In this document: positions 1 through 13,022 of the stretch, piece by piece
Numbering within the stretch: position 1 is the first letter of the stretch
Layout of the letters: every line of letters starts with the position of its first letter
Source: Planctomycetota bacterium
GTDB taxonomy: Bacteria; Planctomycetota; UBA1135; UBA2386
DNA length: 64,000 nt
Direction: 5' to 3'
Assembly (NCBI GenBank): GCA_947501605.1
Contig: CANMWZ010000017.1
Coordinates: 27,475-91,474 of the forward strand
Made by a program: the position numbers and the translations under genes
Notes under the pieces: generated by a model
The model's database searches: none
Seen by the model: only the letters and a program-made list of their open reading frames with translations
What the model was told of the DNA's origin: nothing

Positions 1-227
1 AGACCCGCCTGCTGCGCGAGCGCGCCGAGGAACGCACACACGGTCCCTTTCCCCTTGCTGCCGCCAACCTGGATCGCGGCGCCGTGCCCCGGGTCGGCGC
101 CGAGCGGCGCGATCAGGGCCTTCGCGTTGACGAGATCCCACACGCGCTTGTCCGGGCGCGACCGTTCGTAGTTTTCGAGCTGGCTCAGCAGCGGGGCCAG
201 TCGTTCGGCGGCTGGGTCGTGCAGCAT
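1..227 (-). CDS. folC: Folylpolyglutamate synthase/dihydrofolate synthase, N-terminal part (runs off window edge)
   Basis: Manual translation of the minus strand from ATG at 227 gives MLHDPAAERLAPLLSQLENYER...LGADPGHGAAIQVGGSKGKGTVCAFLGALAQQAG, matching the FolC N-terminal P-loop (HVAGTNGKGS-like). Not in the ORF track because it is truncated. Confidence 0.75.
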   Translation of the reverse strand, partial: MLHDPAAERLAPLLSQLENYERSRPDKRVWDLVNAKALIAPLGADPGHGAAIQVGGSKGKGTVCAFLGALAQQAG

Positions 228-350
228 CAGAGGATCAGGCAGGCGCCGTGCTGGCGCAGTTCGCGACAGCCTAGCCCGCAGATGCAGCCGCGCACCACTC
301 CCCTCGCGCTTGCCAAGTGGATACCGTGCGCGGCCTACCCGAGGAACCGC

Positions 351-1391
351 ATGCACTGCACGACCGCTCTCGCCCTGCTCGCCGCCCTGTCCACCATCGC
401 AACCAGCGCCCTTGCGCAGCGGCAGGGTGGTCGCCGCAACGCGGATCCGAGCAGCGTCAAACTCGAGTCGCTCACGTTCGCCGAGAAGTCCTTCGCCAGC
501 GATGCGGTGGAGGACGACGTGAAGTACGGCGTCTACCTGCCGAAGGACTACGGCGACGACAAGAACAAGGATACGAAGTACCCCCTCGTCATCTGGCTGC
601 ACGGCATGTTCGAGGACCACTTGCGGTTCCACGCCCGCGGCGGCGCCCCGGTGCTCGACGCCGCGATCAAGGATGGCAAGTTGCCACCCTGCGTGTTCGT
701 GTGCCCCGACGGCGGCCGCACATCGATGTACGTGAATCGCAAAGCGAAGAAGTACGAAGACTTGGTCACCAAGGACCTGATCGCGCACCTCGAGAAGGAC
801 TACCGGCTCAGCCCTCGACGCGAGGATCGTGCGATCCTCGGCGTCAGTATGGGCGGCATGGCGGCGCTGCGCATTGCCTTCCAGCAGCCGGATCTGTTCG
901 GCGCCGTGGGCGTGCACAGCGCCGCGATCCTGCCAGAAGACCCGGAGAAGCTGTCGGATCGAATGAAGGCCGCGGCGGCACAGTTCGGCCTCACGGAAGT
1001 ATTCGGAGACCCGATCGAGAAGGAGCCGTGGCAGCAGGCCAACCCACTCTGCATCGCGCACACGCTGAAACCCGCGATGTTGAAGGGACTACGCATCTAC
1101 TTCGATGCCGGCACCGAGGACCGCTACGGCTTCGCCACCGGCAACGAGGCGCTGCACAAGGTCCTCGACGAAAACGGCATCGAACACACGTGGCGCCTGA
1201 TCGAAGGTGGTGGGCATTCTTGGGGCGCAGGCTTCCAGGACCAAACTCTGCCGCACAGCTTCGAGACCATCGGCGCGATGTTCCGCAATGCCGGCGCCAA
1301 GAAGGCGGGGCTCGAGGGACTGAAGGGCAAGAACAGCGCCGAGGTCGATGCCAAGGGCGAACCCAAGCCCGCGGGCGGCGACAAGGACTGA
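351..1391 (+). CDS. Secreted alpha/beta-hydrolase, putative esterase family
   Basis: Signal-peptide-like N-terminus from ATG 351; YPLVIWLHG, nucleophile motif GVSMGG, DAGTED and GGGHSW catalytic elements. Confidence 0.85.
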   Translation: MHCTTALALLAALSTIATSALAQRQGGRRNADPSSVKLESLTFAEKSFASDAVEDDVKYGVYLPKDYGDDKNKDTKYPLVIWLHGMFEDHLRFHARGGAPVLDAAIKDGKLPPCVFVCPDGGRTSMYVNRKAKKYEDLVTKDLIAHLEKDYRLSPRREDRAILGVSMGGMAALRIAFQQPDLFGAVGVHSAAILPEDPEKLSDRMKAAAAQFGLTEVFGDPIEKEPWQQANPLCIAHTLKPAMLKGLRIYFDAGTEDRYGFATGNEALHKVLDENGIEHTWRLIEGGGHSWGAGFQDQTLPHSFETIGAMFRNAGAKKAGLEGLKGKNSAEVDAKGEPKPAGGDKD

Positions 1392-1521
1392 TCCTAGGCG
1401 CGGCCGGCGGGTGCCCACCCCCACCACGGGATCGGGGCTGCCGCCAAAAAAATCTGCTTCGGGGCCTGCGCTGGACGGCATCCCTGCCGATCAACCCAGC
1501 TAGTCACCTCGGAGGCACTCC

Positions 1522-1947
1522 ATGTTCACCCTCGAACACCGCGTCCGCGTGTTCGTTTTCCAGTTGCTCGAGCAAGGTCCGCAGTTCCTACTTCTCCGGC
1601 AGCGGCCTCGCGCCGAGTGGCCACTCGGCCCGGTGATCGGACCCGTTGCTCTGGGGGAAAAGACCCAGGACGCCGTGTTGCGCGAGGTCCTGGCCGAGAC
1701 CGGGCTGCGCCGACCGGTGCACCTGATCGACTTGGCGACGCCGCAAAAGGAACTGTTTGGCGAGGTGGGACTGGTCGAGTGGCCGTTCGCCTGGCAGGCC
1801 TCGATCGCCGGTGAACCGCTACAACCCCTGACACTCGGCCCGATGGTCGGCGAGTACGTCTGGCTGCGCTTCGACGAGGCGTATCGACGCGTCGAGAGCG
1901 CGACCGACAGGGACGCACTGGTGCGGCTGAGGCTCTGTCTGCAATAA
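1522..1947 (+). CDS. NUDIX hydrolase family protein (slightly degenerate Nudix box)
   Basis: FLLLRQR, then GPVALGEKTQDAVLREVLAETGL; GGAGG RBS upstream. Confidence 0.75.
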   Translation: MFTLEHRVRVFVFQLLEQGPQFLLLRQRPRAEWPLGPVIGPVALGEKTQDAVLREVLAETGLRRPVHLIDLATPQKELFGEVGLVEWPFAWQASIAGEPLQPLTLGPMVGEYVWLRFDEAYRRVESATDRDALVRLRLCLQ

Positions 1948-2004
1948 TCCTCGCCCCCGACTGCCAGCCTGCGCGCGTTGTCCGTAGCAGACCCTCACCA
2001 GAAC

Positions 2005-2385
2005 ATGAGCGACACTTCCAAGAAGCCGGCCGCCGAAGGCGTCCTCGGCGACGGCCGACTGCCCAGTTCCGCGATGCGTAGCTACGCGCTACTCACACCG
2101 GAGCTCAAGCAGCTCTACATGAACTTCTACAAAGCCACCTACGGCAAGTCGAAGCTCGACCTCAAGACCAAGGAGTTCATCGCGATCGCAGCCTCGCTGG
2201 TGAGCGGCTGCAAGGGCTGCCTCGAAGGGCACCTGAAGAAGGCCAAACGCGAGGGCGCGACGAGCGATGAGATCGCCGAGTTGATCGCCATCGTCCTTGG
2301 CGTCAATGCCGCGACCATCGTCGACCGGTCCGACATCGCCAACTACCACCTTGGTGGCCTGTTCGAGCGTCCCGAAGGCGAGTAG
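2005..2385 (+). CDS. Carboxymuconolactone decarboxylase/AhpD-like protein
   Basis: LDLKTKEFIAIAAS...GCKGCLEGH...AKREGATSDEIAE, the CxxC-xxxH core. Confidence 0.85.
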   Translation: MSDTSKKPAAEGVLGDGRLPSSAMRSYALLTPELKQLYMNFYKATYGKSKLDLKTKEFIAIAASLVSGCKGCLEGHLKKAKREGATSDEIAELIAIVLGVNAATIVDRSDIANYHLGGLFERPEGE

Positions 2386-2456
2386 TACGCGCCCACGAGA
2401 CGACGAACGCGGCGCCGGATCAGAACCTGATCGCGGGTGCGACCGTTAGACTTCGC

Positions 2457-3827
2457 GTGACGATGCCCCCGCCACCTGACCTGAAACCGCTGCCGTTGAT
2501 GCCAACCGGCGCCATCGTGCGCCTTGGTGCCGCGGCGATGCTCGCCGCGGCGATGCTCTACCTCGCGGTGTTCTGGAACCCCGTGGTCGCGATCGACGAG
2601 GGCAACCTCGCCGATCCCGAACCGACTCTCGTCGCCGTTCCCGACATCGACGCGTCCCTGTTGCAGCAGGCCAAGGACGCGACCCGCGAGCAGCGACTCT
2701 TCATTGAAAGCGAACCGCTGAGCCATCTGCTCGCCAACTCGCTGAACGTCAGCCCAGAGGCAGCACGCGCCCTCGGGATGCCGCCGCAGATGGTGCCGCT
2801 CGAGGCCCTGCGGACGCACATCGACGAATGGCGTGGCCGCTACGTCTTCTATCGCGGCAAGGTCGAGGAACTCAATGGTCCGCGACTTGGCCACCCGGTT
2901 CCAGGGTACGGCATCTATGAGGCCACGCTGCGACTGGCGGATGGCTCGGCGATCCTGTTCACGTTTTCGCAGGCACCGGCAGCGGCAGTGCGCATTGGCA
3001 GCTTCGCACGCGCGGAGGGCTTCGTGCTGAAGCTCCGCGATGTCGCTTACCCGGTCGAGATGAGCAAGACGCCACTTCTGGTCGGGGCGCAGCTCCGCGA
3101 GGACTACGAAGATTGGGGCCCTGTCACGCAGCTCGACTCCTCGACCCTCGACATGGTCATCGACGTACAACGCGAGGACGACCGCCTGACCTCGACCGAG
3201 GAGTCGTGGCGCACGATCGACCAAGACCAGTCGCGCGCGCTCTGGCACCTCGCCGCCTTCGCCCGTGACGCAGCTCCGCGCCCGAAGGAAGAATGGCGAC
3301 GAGCGCCGGCACTCAACGCCCAAGAGGTCTGGGATCACCTGAAGCGCAACGAGGTGGTCCGCGGCACCGCGATCCGCTTGCTGGGGACGCTGGCGGCAGT
3401 CAGAACCATCACCGCGCAGCCCAACCCCGCAGGCATCACCGAGTGGACCGAGGCCTGGATGCAGGTGCGTGACCTCGGCGGCAAGACCATCCCGGTCTGG
3501 CTACCAGGAGCCATCCGCCAGCCGCTTGGGACTTCGCTGGAAGTACGCAGCTACTACTTCCGTCGCTACTCGTACGAGACCCGCCGGGGCCAACAACTGT
3601 GGACACCCCTGTTCGTCGCTGCGGCGTTGGACCCGTTCGTGTTCGACACCGGCAGAGGCCTGAAGGAAATCAGTGCCTACGCGCTCGCCGCGACGCTCGC
3701 GATCATGGCGCTCGTGTACTGGGGGACCCGTCGCGAACGGCAACGCTCACTGGCACAGGAAGACGCGCTCATCGACCGCCGGCGGAAGCGGCGCCAGAAG
3801 CTCGCCGCGGCTACGACGCAACCGTGA
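2457..3827 (+). CDS. Hypothetical membrane-anchored protein with two internal OB-fold-like repeats
   Basis: N- and C-terminal hydrophobic helices and a basic C-tail; two similar segments (WRGRYVFYRGKV...TPLLVG and VRGTAIRLLGTL...TPLFVA). Confidence 0.6.
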   Translation: MTMPPPPDLKPLPLMPTGAIVRLGAAAMLAAAMLYLAVFWNPVVAIDEGNLADPEPTLVAVPDIDASLLQQAKDATREQRLFIESEPLSHLLANSLNVSPEAARALGMPPQMVPLEALRTHIDEWRGRYVFYRGKVEELNGPRLGHPVPGYGIYEATLRLADGSAILFTFSQAPAAAVRIGSFARAEGFVLKLRDVAYPVEMSKTPLLVGAQLREDYEDWGPVTQLDSSTLDMVIDVQREDDRLTSTEESWRTIDQDQSRALWHLAAFARDAAPRPKEEWRRAPALNAQEVWDHLKRNEVVRGTAIRLLGTLAAVRTITAQPNPAGITEWTEAWMQVRDLGGKTIPVWLPGAIRQPLGTSLEVRSYYFRRYSYETRRGQQLWTPLFVAAALDPFVFDTGRGLKEISAYALAATLAIMALVYWGTRRERQRSLAQEDALIDRRRKRRQKLAAATTQP

Positions 3828-3837
3828 GCGGATTCTC

Positions 3838-4878
3838 GTGATCGAACTGCACTGCCGGCCGCCGCACGAACCGTCGACGCATATTGGCATCGGTTCGGGC
3901 GTGATGCGGACCCTCGCCAGCGAGACGAAGGGCCGCAGGGTATTCGCTCTGGTCGACTCGATCGTTGCCGCTCGACACCCAGAGATCCTCGCCGCCCACT
4001 GGACCGTCACATGCGTGCAGGCCGGCGAGTCGCTCAAGACCTTGGCGCAGGCAGAAACCGTCTTGCGAGCCATGGCCAGAGCCAGCATCGACCGCAACGG
4101 GCTGCTGCTCGCCATCGGCGGCGGCACCGTCGGCGACCTCGGCGGGCTGTGCGCAGCGCTGTGGCTGCGCGGCATCGAGTGCTGGCAGGTGCCCACGACG
4201 ATGATGGCGATGGTCGACAGCGCCGTCGGCGGCAAGACCGCAGTCAACCTGCCGGAAGGCAAGAACCTCGTAGGCGCCGTGCATCCGCCAGCGCGCGTGT
4301 TCGTGGACCCATCGCTGCTCGACGAACTGCCCGAGCCCGAGTACCGGAGCGGACTCGCCGAGGCAGTCAAAGTCGCGATCGGCATCGATGCACCGCTGTT
4401 CGAGATTCTCGAACAAGATGGCGAGAACGTTCGGGCGCGCGATCCCGCGACACTGGAGCGCACGATCCACCGCGCGCTCGCTGCCAAGGCCACCATCGTC
4501 GCTTCCGACCTGCGCGAAGACGGGCCGCGCCGACTGCTGAACCTAGGCCACACGCTCGGGCACGCGCTAGAAGCCGTTTCGGGCTACCGGGAGCCGCACG
4601 GTCTGTGCGTTGCTCGCGGCCTGCACTTCGCCCTCGACGTCGCCGAGTCGTTGCACGCGATGACCGCCTCTGACCTCGACCGCTGTCGCCGACTGCTGTC
4701 GCAGCACGGCTATCTGCGCACGCCGCTGCCGCCAACTTCGGAGATCCTCGGCTTCATGCGGCGCGACAAGAAGGTCGAGGCCGGCGTGGTGCACTTTGTC
4801 GTCCCGACCGGCATCGGCAGCAGCTGCGTACGCGGCCTCTCCCCAGATCAACTCGGGGCCGTTCTCGACCGCCGCTGA
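3838..4878 (+). CDS. aroB: 3-dehydroquinate synthase
   Basis: [59 protein letters not shown]. Confidence 0.95.
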   Translation: MIELHCRPPHEPSTHIGIGSGVMRTLASETKGRRVFALVDSIVAARHPEILAAHWTVTCVQAGESLKTLAQAETVLRAMARASIDRNGLLLAIGGGTVGDLGGLCAALWLRGIECWQVPTTMMAMVDSAVGGKTAVNLPEGKNLVGAVHPPARVFVDPSLLDELPEPEYRSGLAEAVKVAIGIDAPLFEILEQDGENVRARDPATLERTIHRALAAKATIVASDLREDGPRRLLNLGHTLGHALEAVSGYREPHGLCVARGLHFALDVAESLHAMTASDLDRCRRLLSQHGYLRTPLPPTSEILGFMRRDKKVEAGVVHFVVPTGIGSSCVRGLSPDQLGAVLDRR

Positions 4879-5036
4879 ATCCCGAGCAGTCCCCCACAAG
4901 ACCGGCTCGCTTCGGCACCTGTGAGAGATCCAAAATCCCGCGGCAACGGTGGTGCCGGGGCTCGCACCAGCACCCCACGCGTGGGCTGGTTTTGTGCTCG
5001 CGCCCACCGCTGGCTTCCGGTGTAGTCCCGCCCCCG

Positions 5037-8291
<3,255 letters not shown>

Positions 8292-8327
8292 CGCCAATCG
8301 AGCTGTCGGCGTCCTCCCTCGTGCACG

Positions 8328-9605
8328 ATGAAGCCCAACGCCCCCAAGTTTGATTCTCGTCTCGCCATGGAACTGGCCGCGTTCTGCCGCAAGGCAGTCG
8401 CGCAACCGCAACAGAGTCGCGAGAGCTTCGCATCCTCACCGCTGTGGGCTGCGGCAGCCCGCACCGGAACGGCGCTCTGGCTGGACACCGGTGACGTCGA
8501 AGCGGCACGCGCCCTCTGGACGCGCGAGTTTCAGGCGCTGACCACCAACAACACGCTGCTCAACAAGGAAGTCCAGAAGGGGCAATACGACGAGTTGGTG
8601 CCCGACGTCGCGGCGCTCGTGCGCGGAGCGGCCACGGACATCGGCGAGCAGCAATTGGTGCAGGAGATCGCCTTCGTCCTCAACGCCGTGCACGGGCTCA
8701 AGCTGGTGCGCACCTTCGACGCCGACGTGTCGGTCGAGCTGCACACCGCGCTCGCTGACGATGCCGAAGCGAGCTACCAGTACGGCAAGCGCTTCCACGC
8801 GATCTGCCCCGACCGCTTCATCGTCAAGGTGCCGCTGACGCCGTCGGGCGTCCTCGCCGCGCGCCGGCTCGCCGCCGACGGCATCCGACTCAACTTCACG
8901 CTCGGCTTCAGCGCGCGTCAGAACTACCTGATCGCGCTGTTGGCGAAGCCGACCTACGTCAACGTCTTCATGGGCCGCATCAACGCGTTCCTCAGCGACA
9001 ACAAGCTGGGCGACGGCGTCAACGCCGGCGAGAAGGCGACCCTCTCGAGCCAGCGCGTGCTCCGCCGCCTGAAGAAGAACCCCGGCATCGACGTGCGCCA
9101 AATCGGCGCATCGATGCGCAACAGCCAGCAGTGCATGGATCTGCTCGGCCTCGACGTCTTCACGATCCCGACCGCGGCAGCGAAGGAGTTCTTCGAGAGG
9201 AAGCCGGCGCTGGAGACCCTGAAGGATCACACTGCCGATGACCCGAAGGTCACGTTCGGCCCGGGCATCGACGCGGCCGCCGACAAGCTCGCGGTGTTCT
9301 GGACCGTCGACGATGTGTTCGAACGCGCCATGTGCCAACTCGCAGCGGTCGATGCCAGCACGCTCTCGGCCGACAAATTGTTGGCCTTCCTCGCGCAACA
9401 CGGCTGCGGCGACCTGTTCCCGCAGTTCTCGGCCGATGAGAAGAGTCGCGTCACCAAAGAAGGCAAGATCCCGGTTCACGCATCGTGGAAGGACCGCGTG
9501 CAGAAGGGCACTGCGTCGTGGGACGGAGTCCTGACCGCGGCGGCGCTCGCGAGCTTCACGGCGGACCAAGCGGCGCTCGACGAGCGCATCGCCCGACTGC
9601 TGTAG
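8328..9605 (+). CDS. Transaldolase family protein (long form)
   Basis: LWLDTGD, TTNNTLL, VSVE, FIVKVP (Schiff-base Lys), NFTLGFS, FMGR, ASMR. Confidence 0.88.
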   Translation: MKPNAPKFDSRLAMELAAFCRKAVAQPQQSRESFASSPLWAAAARTGTALWLDTGDVEAARALWTREFQALTTNNTLLNKEVQKGQYDELVPDVAALVRGAATDIGEQQLVQEIAFVLNAVHGLKLVRTFDADVSVELHTALADDAEASYQYGKRFHAICPDRFIVKVPLTPSGVLAARRLAADGIRLNFTLGFSARQNYLIALLAKPTYVNVFMGRINAFLSDNKLGDGVNAGEKATLSSQRVLRRLKKNPGIDVRQIGASMRNSQQCMDLLGLDVFTIPTAAAKEFFERKPALETLKDHTADDPKVTFGPGIDAAADKLAVFWTVDDVFERAMCQLAAVDASTLSADKLLAFLAQHGCGDLFPQFSADEKSRVTKEGKIPVHASWKDRVQKGTASWDGVLTAAALASFTADQAALDERIARLL

Positions 9606-9625
9606 CTCAGGTGCTGTAGCGACGG

Positions 9626-9810
9626 TCAGAGCTGCACGGGGATGTGCATCGCCGTCGAACTGGAGAGTCCGAAGGGCGTGCAGCCACTCGGCTCCAGCAC
9701 TGCGAACTGGGCCGCGACTCCGAGACCGACGAGGTAGGGGTCCGCCGGGATCGGCAGTGGTGGTGTGAGTTCGTGGAGACCTGCGCGAACAGTGCCGCCG
9801 AGTCGAACAC
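9626..9810 (-). pseudogene. Probable relic: isolated C-terminal module of a secreted protein
   Basis: The minus-strand frame ends in LPIPADPYLVGLGVAAQFAVLEPSGCTPFGLSSSTAMHIPVQL*, resembling modules in the genes at 15839 and 34027. Upstream sequence lacks a coherent frame or signal peptide. Confidence 0.4.
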
Positions 9811-9915
9811 GGCAATGGCGACGATCCGCGCGCATGCGCGTCACACAATCGAGCGCTGCAGCCTCGAGAACCTCCAACAACCATGCGCGGAGTCACGCCG
9901 CGCAATGCACAGAAG

Positions 9916-12366
9916 CTACCTCACCGCGCGCGCTGGTCGCAACCCAACCTGCTCCCCCGCCGCATGCTGATGCATGCGCATGCGGTTCGCGCACCGCGCC
10001 TCGACCGGCGGCATCTGGAAGCTCCCGCCGCGATAGCAACGCAGCAGCAGTTCGTCTGCGGTCGCGCCGTCTTCGCGACGCATGCCGTCGCCGTCGCGCA
10101 ACACCGGGAACCGCTTCACGTCCAACTGCGCGTCGAGGCACCATTCGTAAACGTTGCCGTGCACGTCGTGGAGCCCGAAGCGATTGGGCGCAAACGTGCC
10201 CACCGGTGCGGTCGCCGGATACCCATCGGTCCAATCACAGAAGTACGGAAACGTCCCTTCCGAGAACACGCGCGCAGTCTGGTCGGGCATGTTGGCCACC
10301 GCCTGCAGCGACCCTTCGTCATCGCCAGTGCTGTAGACCGCGTCCGTGAGCGCGCGGCATGCTCGCTCCCACTGCGCCTCGGTCGGCAGCGTCATCCCCT
10401 GGTGTTCCAGAAGTTGCTGCGCTTGCCACCACGCCACCTGCTCGACCGGGTGGCGCAAGGTCGGCTGGGCGAAGGTCGCCGAACGACCGTCCTTGAGCTT
10501 CTTGTCGTAGGACTGCACCCGCGGGCCGTAGAGGCTCGGCGCGTCGTGCGCGAGTCGCTCCCACTGCGCCTGTGTCAGCTCGAACTTCGACACGAAGTAC
10601 GGATCCAAGCTGACGCTGGTAAGCACCTCGTCCGGCTCGGCTCTCGGATCGAATCGCGGAGCGTTCGGATCCTCCGCTTGCGCCCCCATCGTGAACGCCC
10701 CACCCGGGATCAGCACGAGGACGATGCCCGTCTCTTCTCCGAACGGCAGCCTTCCTTCGGAGTCGCGGACCGGCAGCGGCGCGCCGTCCTGGTGCGACGG
10801 CAGGTGCAAGAACTCCAGCAGGCCGGACCGCGGGTCGAGCCCGAGCGGCACGAGATCGAACTGCGGCACAAGCGCCCTGCCACCGTAGACCGGTAGGGTT
10901 GCTGCGAGGCGACTCGCTTCGGGCCAGTCCGGATGCTCGAGCGTCTTTGCCGTCGTCGTCTCCGACCACGACAGCCGCGTGCGAACGTCGGCCAGCGTCC
11001 CGTGCGGGTGTTCGGCGAAGTGCTGCAAGCGCGGCAAGGTGTCGTCCAGCAGCAACAGCAGCATCTCGCTCGAGGCCGGATCGAGTTCCCACTCGGCTCG
11101 CGTCGACTCGGTGCTGGTCTTGGCACGCAGCTCCGCCACCGCAGCTGCCAAGTTCGTCCGCTCCCTCGCCATCGGCTCGCCGTGGCGAAGGAGCCAATCA
11201 CGCAACGCCTGAGTCTGCGACGGCCATGCCGGAAAGAGCCGGGCCGCGGCATCCTCGGCTTGGTTCAGCCGATGCATGATCGCGAGGCGATCGAACTGTT
11301 GCAGCGATGCAGCGATACCGCGCCGCGATGTATTCGCGTCGAGCAAGGCCAGTGTCGTGAACACCAGGCTCGACACGAGCAGCACGAGGAAGGTCGCGAC
11401 CAACGGATTGCGTCGAACGAACAACTGTGTTCGTCGCAGCCGTCCGGGGCGGCGAGCGAGGATCGGCTCGCTGCAGCGCACGCGGCGCAGGTCCTCGGCG
11501 AGTGATGCTGCATCGCGATAGCGTCGATCGGGCTCGGTCGCCATGGCGGTCGCCACCACCGTCGCGAGGTCGCGAGAGATCGCAGGATTGCGGCGTCGCA
11601 ACGGCTGCGGGCGGCCCGCGAGAATTGCATCCGACAGCGCGTGCAGGCTCGCGCCGACGTAAGCCGGCCACAGCGTCAGCGCTTCGTACAGGGTCACACC
11701 CAGTGCGTGCACGTCGGTCCGTGCGTCGATGTTCCCAAGGTCGGCGTCGATCTGCTCTGGCGCCATGTACTGAGGCGTCCCGAGCGTCTGCAGAGATCTC
11801 GTCAGGTGCACCTCGGCGTCGCGATCCTGGGCCAAACCGAAGTCGAGCACCACCGGCTCGCCTTGCGCATCGATCATCAGGTTGGACGGCTTGAGATCCC
11901 GGTGTACTAGCCCGCGTTGATGGGCGTGATGAACCGCATGAGCGACCGTTTCGAACAGCGCAACAAGTAGCCGGATCTCGTCCGCCGACGGCACCTGCGC
12001 TCGCTGACCGCCTGCGGGCACGGCGCTCGGCATGACGCAACCGAGGCCATCGGAGGCGGCGCGGATGCGAGCCTCCAGCGTGTCGCCGTCCACCAACTGC
12101 ATGACCAGATACGGGTGTCCATCGAACTCGCCAGTCGCGTGCACCCGGCAGAGGTTTGGATGGTCGAGCCGCGACAGCAGCCGCGCTTCGCGTTCGAACC
12201 TCGCGGTGGCGTCGGGGTCGGTGCTGCGATGGCGCGCCAACACCTTGATCGCAACGTCGCGCGACAGCCGCTCATCGCGCGCGCGATGAACCCGTCCCAT
12301 GCCGCCCTGACCGATGCACTCGCACAAGACGAAGTGGTCGATCCGCTCAGGGCCTCCTTGAGTCAT
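9916..12366 (-). CDS. Ser/Thr protein kinase with TM helix and C-terminal FGE-sulfatase (SUMF1/EgtB/PvdO-like) domain
   Basis: IGQGGMGRV, VAIK, HRDLKPSN, DFG, GTPQYMAPEQ; a TM segment; then IPGGAFTMG, SKFELTQAQW, LPTEAQWERAC, FGLHDVHGNVYEWC, RGGSF. Confidence 0.93.
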   Translation of the reverse strand: MTQGGPERIDHFVLCECIGQGGMGRVHRARDERLSRDVAIKVLARHRSTDPDATARFEREARLLSRLDHPNLCRVHATGEFDGHPYLVMQLVDGDTLEARIRAASDGLGCVMPSAVPAGGQRAQVPSADEIRLLVALFETVAHAVHHAHQRGLVHRDLKPSNLMIDAQGEPVVLDFGLAQDRDAEVHLTRSLQTLGTPQYMAPEQIDADLGNIDARTDVHALGVTLYEALTLWPAYVGASLHALSDAILAGRPQPLRRRNPAISRDLATVVATAMATEPDRRYRDAASLAEDLRRVRCSEPILARRPGRLRRTQLFVRRNPLVATFLVLLVSSLVFTTLALLDANTSRRGIAASLQQFDRLAIMHRLNQAEDAAARLFPAWPSQTQALRDWLLRHGEPMARERTNLAAAVAELRAKTSTESTRAEWELDPASSEMLLLLLDDTLPRLQHFAEHPHGTLADVRTRLSWSETTTAKTLEHPDWPEASRLAATLPVYGGRALVPQFDLVPLGLDPRSGLLEFLHLPSHQDGAPLPVRDSEGRLPFGEETGIVLVLIPGGAFTMGAQAEDPNAPRFDPRAEPDEVLTSVSLDPYFVSKFELTQAQWERLAHDAPSLYGPRVQSYDKKLKDGRSATFAQPTLRHPVEQVAWWQAQQLLEHQGMTLPTEAQWERACRALTDAVYSTGDDEGSLQAVANMPDQTARVFSEGTFPYFCDWTDGYPATAPVGTFAPNRFGLHDVHGNVYEWCLDAQLDVKRFPVLRDGDGMRREDGATADELLLRCYRGGSFQMPPVEARCANRMRMHQHAAGEQVGLRPARAVR

Positions 12367-12437
12367 CGCCTCGCGATGCTGCCACCCTGCGCACGAAGGA
12401 TCAAGCTTGCCGCGCGTCACCTGCTATTCTGCGCATC

Positions 12438-13022
12438 ATGTCCGATCCGAACGCCGGCATCGACGCGCTCGCAGACCTGCTCAAGCAAGGGGATCGCATC
12501 ACCGCTGAACGATTGCTCCCGCTCGTGTACGAGGACCTTCGTCAGCTCGCACGCGGCCGCATCGCACGGCTCGCACCCGGAAAGACCATGCGCGCCACTG
12601 AGCTCGTCCATGAAGCGTGGATGCGCATCGTCGCCGGCGGTGATCCGGGTTGGGAGGGGCGCACGCACTTCTTCGGTGCCGCGGCCAACGCGATGCGCAA
12701 CATCCTCGTCGACCAAGCGCGCCGCCGCGGGGCGTTGAAGCGCGACAACAAGCGCAAGGAATCGCTGCCGACCGATGTTCCAGAACTCGAGCACGGGCTT
12801 CCCTACGCCGACATCCTGACGGTGCACGAAGCACTGCAAGAACTCGAACGCGAACACGCGCGTCCGGCGCAGGTCGTGCTGCTGCGCTTCTTCGGCGGAC
12901 TGCAGATGGCTGACATTGCCCCGATGCTCGCGATCTCGCTACCGACCGCTGAGCGCGACTGGCGCTTCGCACGCGCTTGGCTACAAGATCGCCTCGGAGC
13001 ACCTTCGAGCAGCGATGAGTGA
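12438..13022 (+). CDS. ECF sigma factor, Planctomycete/TIGR02999-like (STK-associated)
   Basis: LLPLVYEDLRQLA...ATELVHEAW...HFFGAAANAMRNILVDQAR...VVLLRFFGGL...RDWRFARAWL. Confidence 0.93.
   Translation: MSDPNAGIDALADLLKQGDRITAERLLPLVYEDLRQLARGRIARLAPGKTMRATELVHEAWMRIVAGGDPGWEGRTHFFGAAANAMRNILVDQARRRGALKRDNKRKESLPTDVPELEHGLPYADILTVHEALQELEREHARPAQVVLLRFFGGLQMADIAPMLAISLPTAERDWRFARAWLQDRLGAPSSSDE

Noticed and set aside
4879..5036. PyrR/attenuator-type leader before carB
   Set aside because: Only an imperfect GC hairpin is present, with no recognisable PyrR-binding loop. carB without an adjacent carA is common.
9916..10100. Diversity-generating retroelement variable region in the FGE/C-type-lectin-fold C-terminus
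   Set aside because: There is no reverse transcriptase and no near-duplicate template repeat visible in the window.
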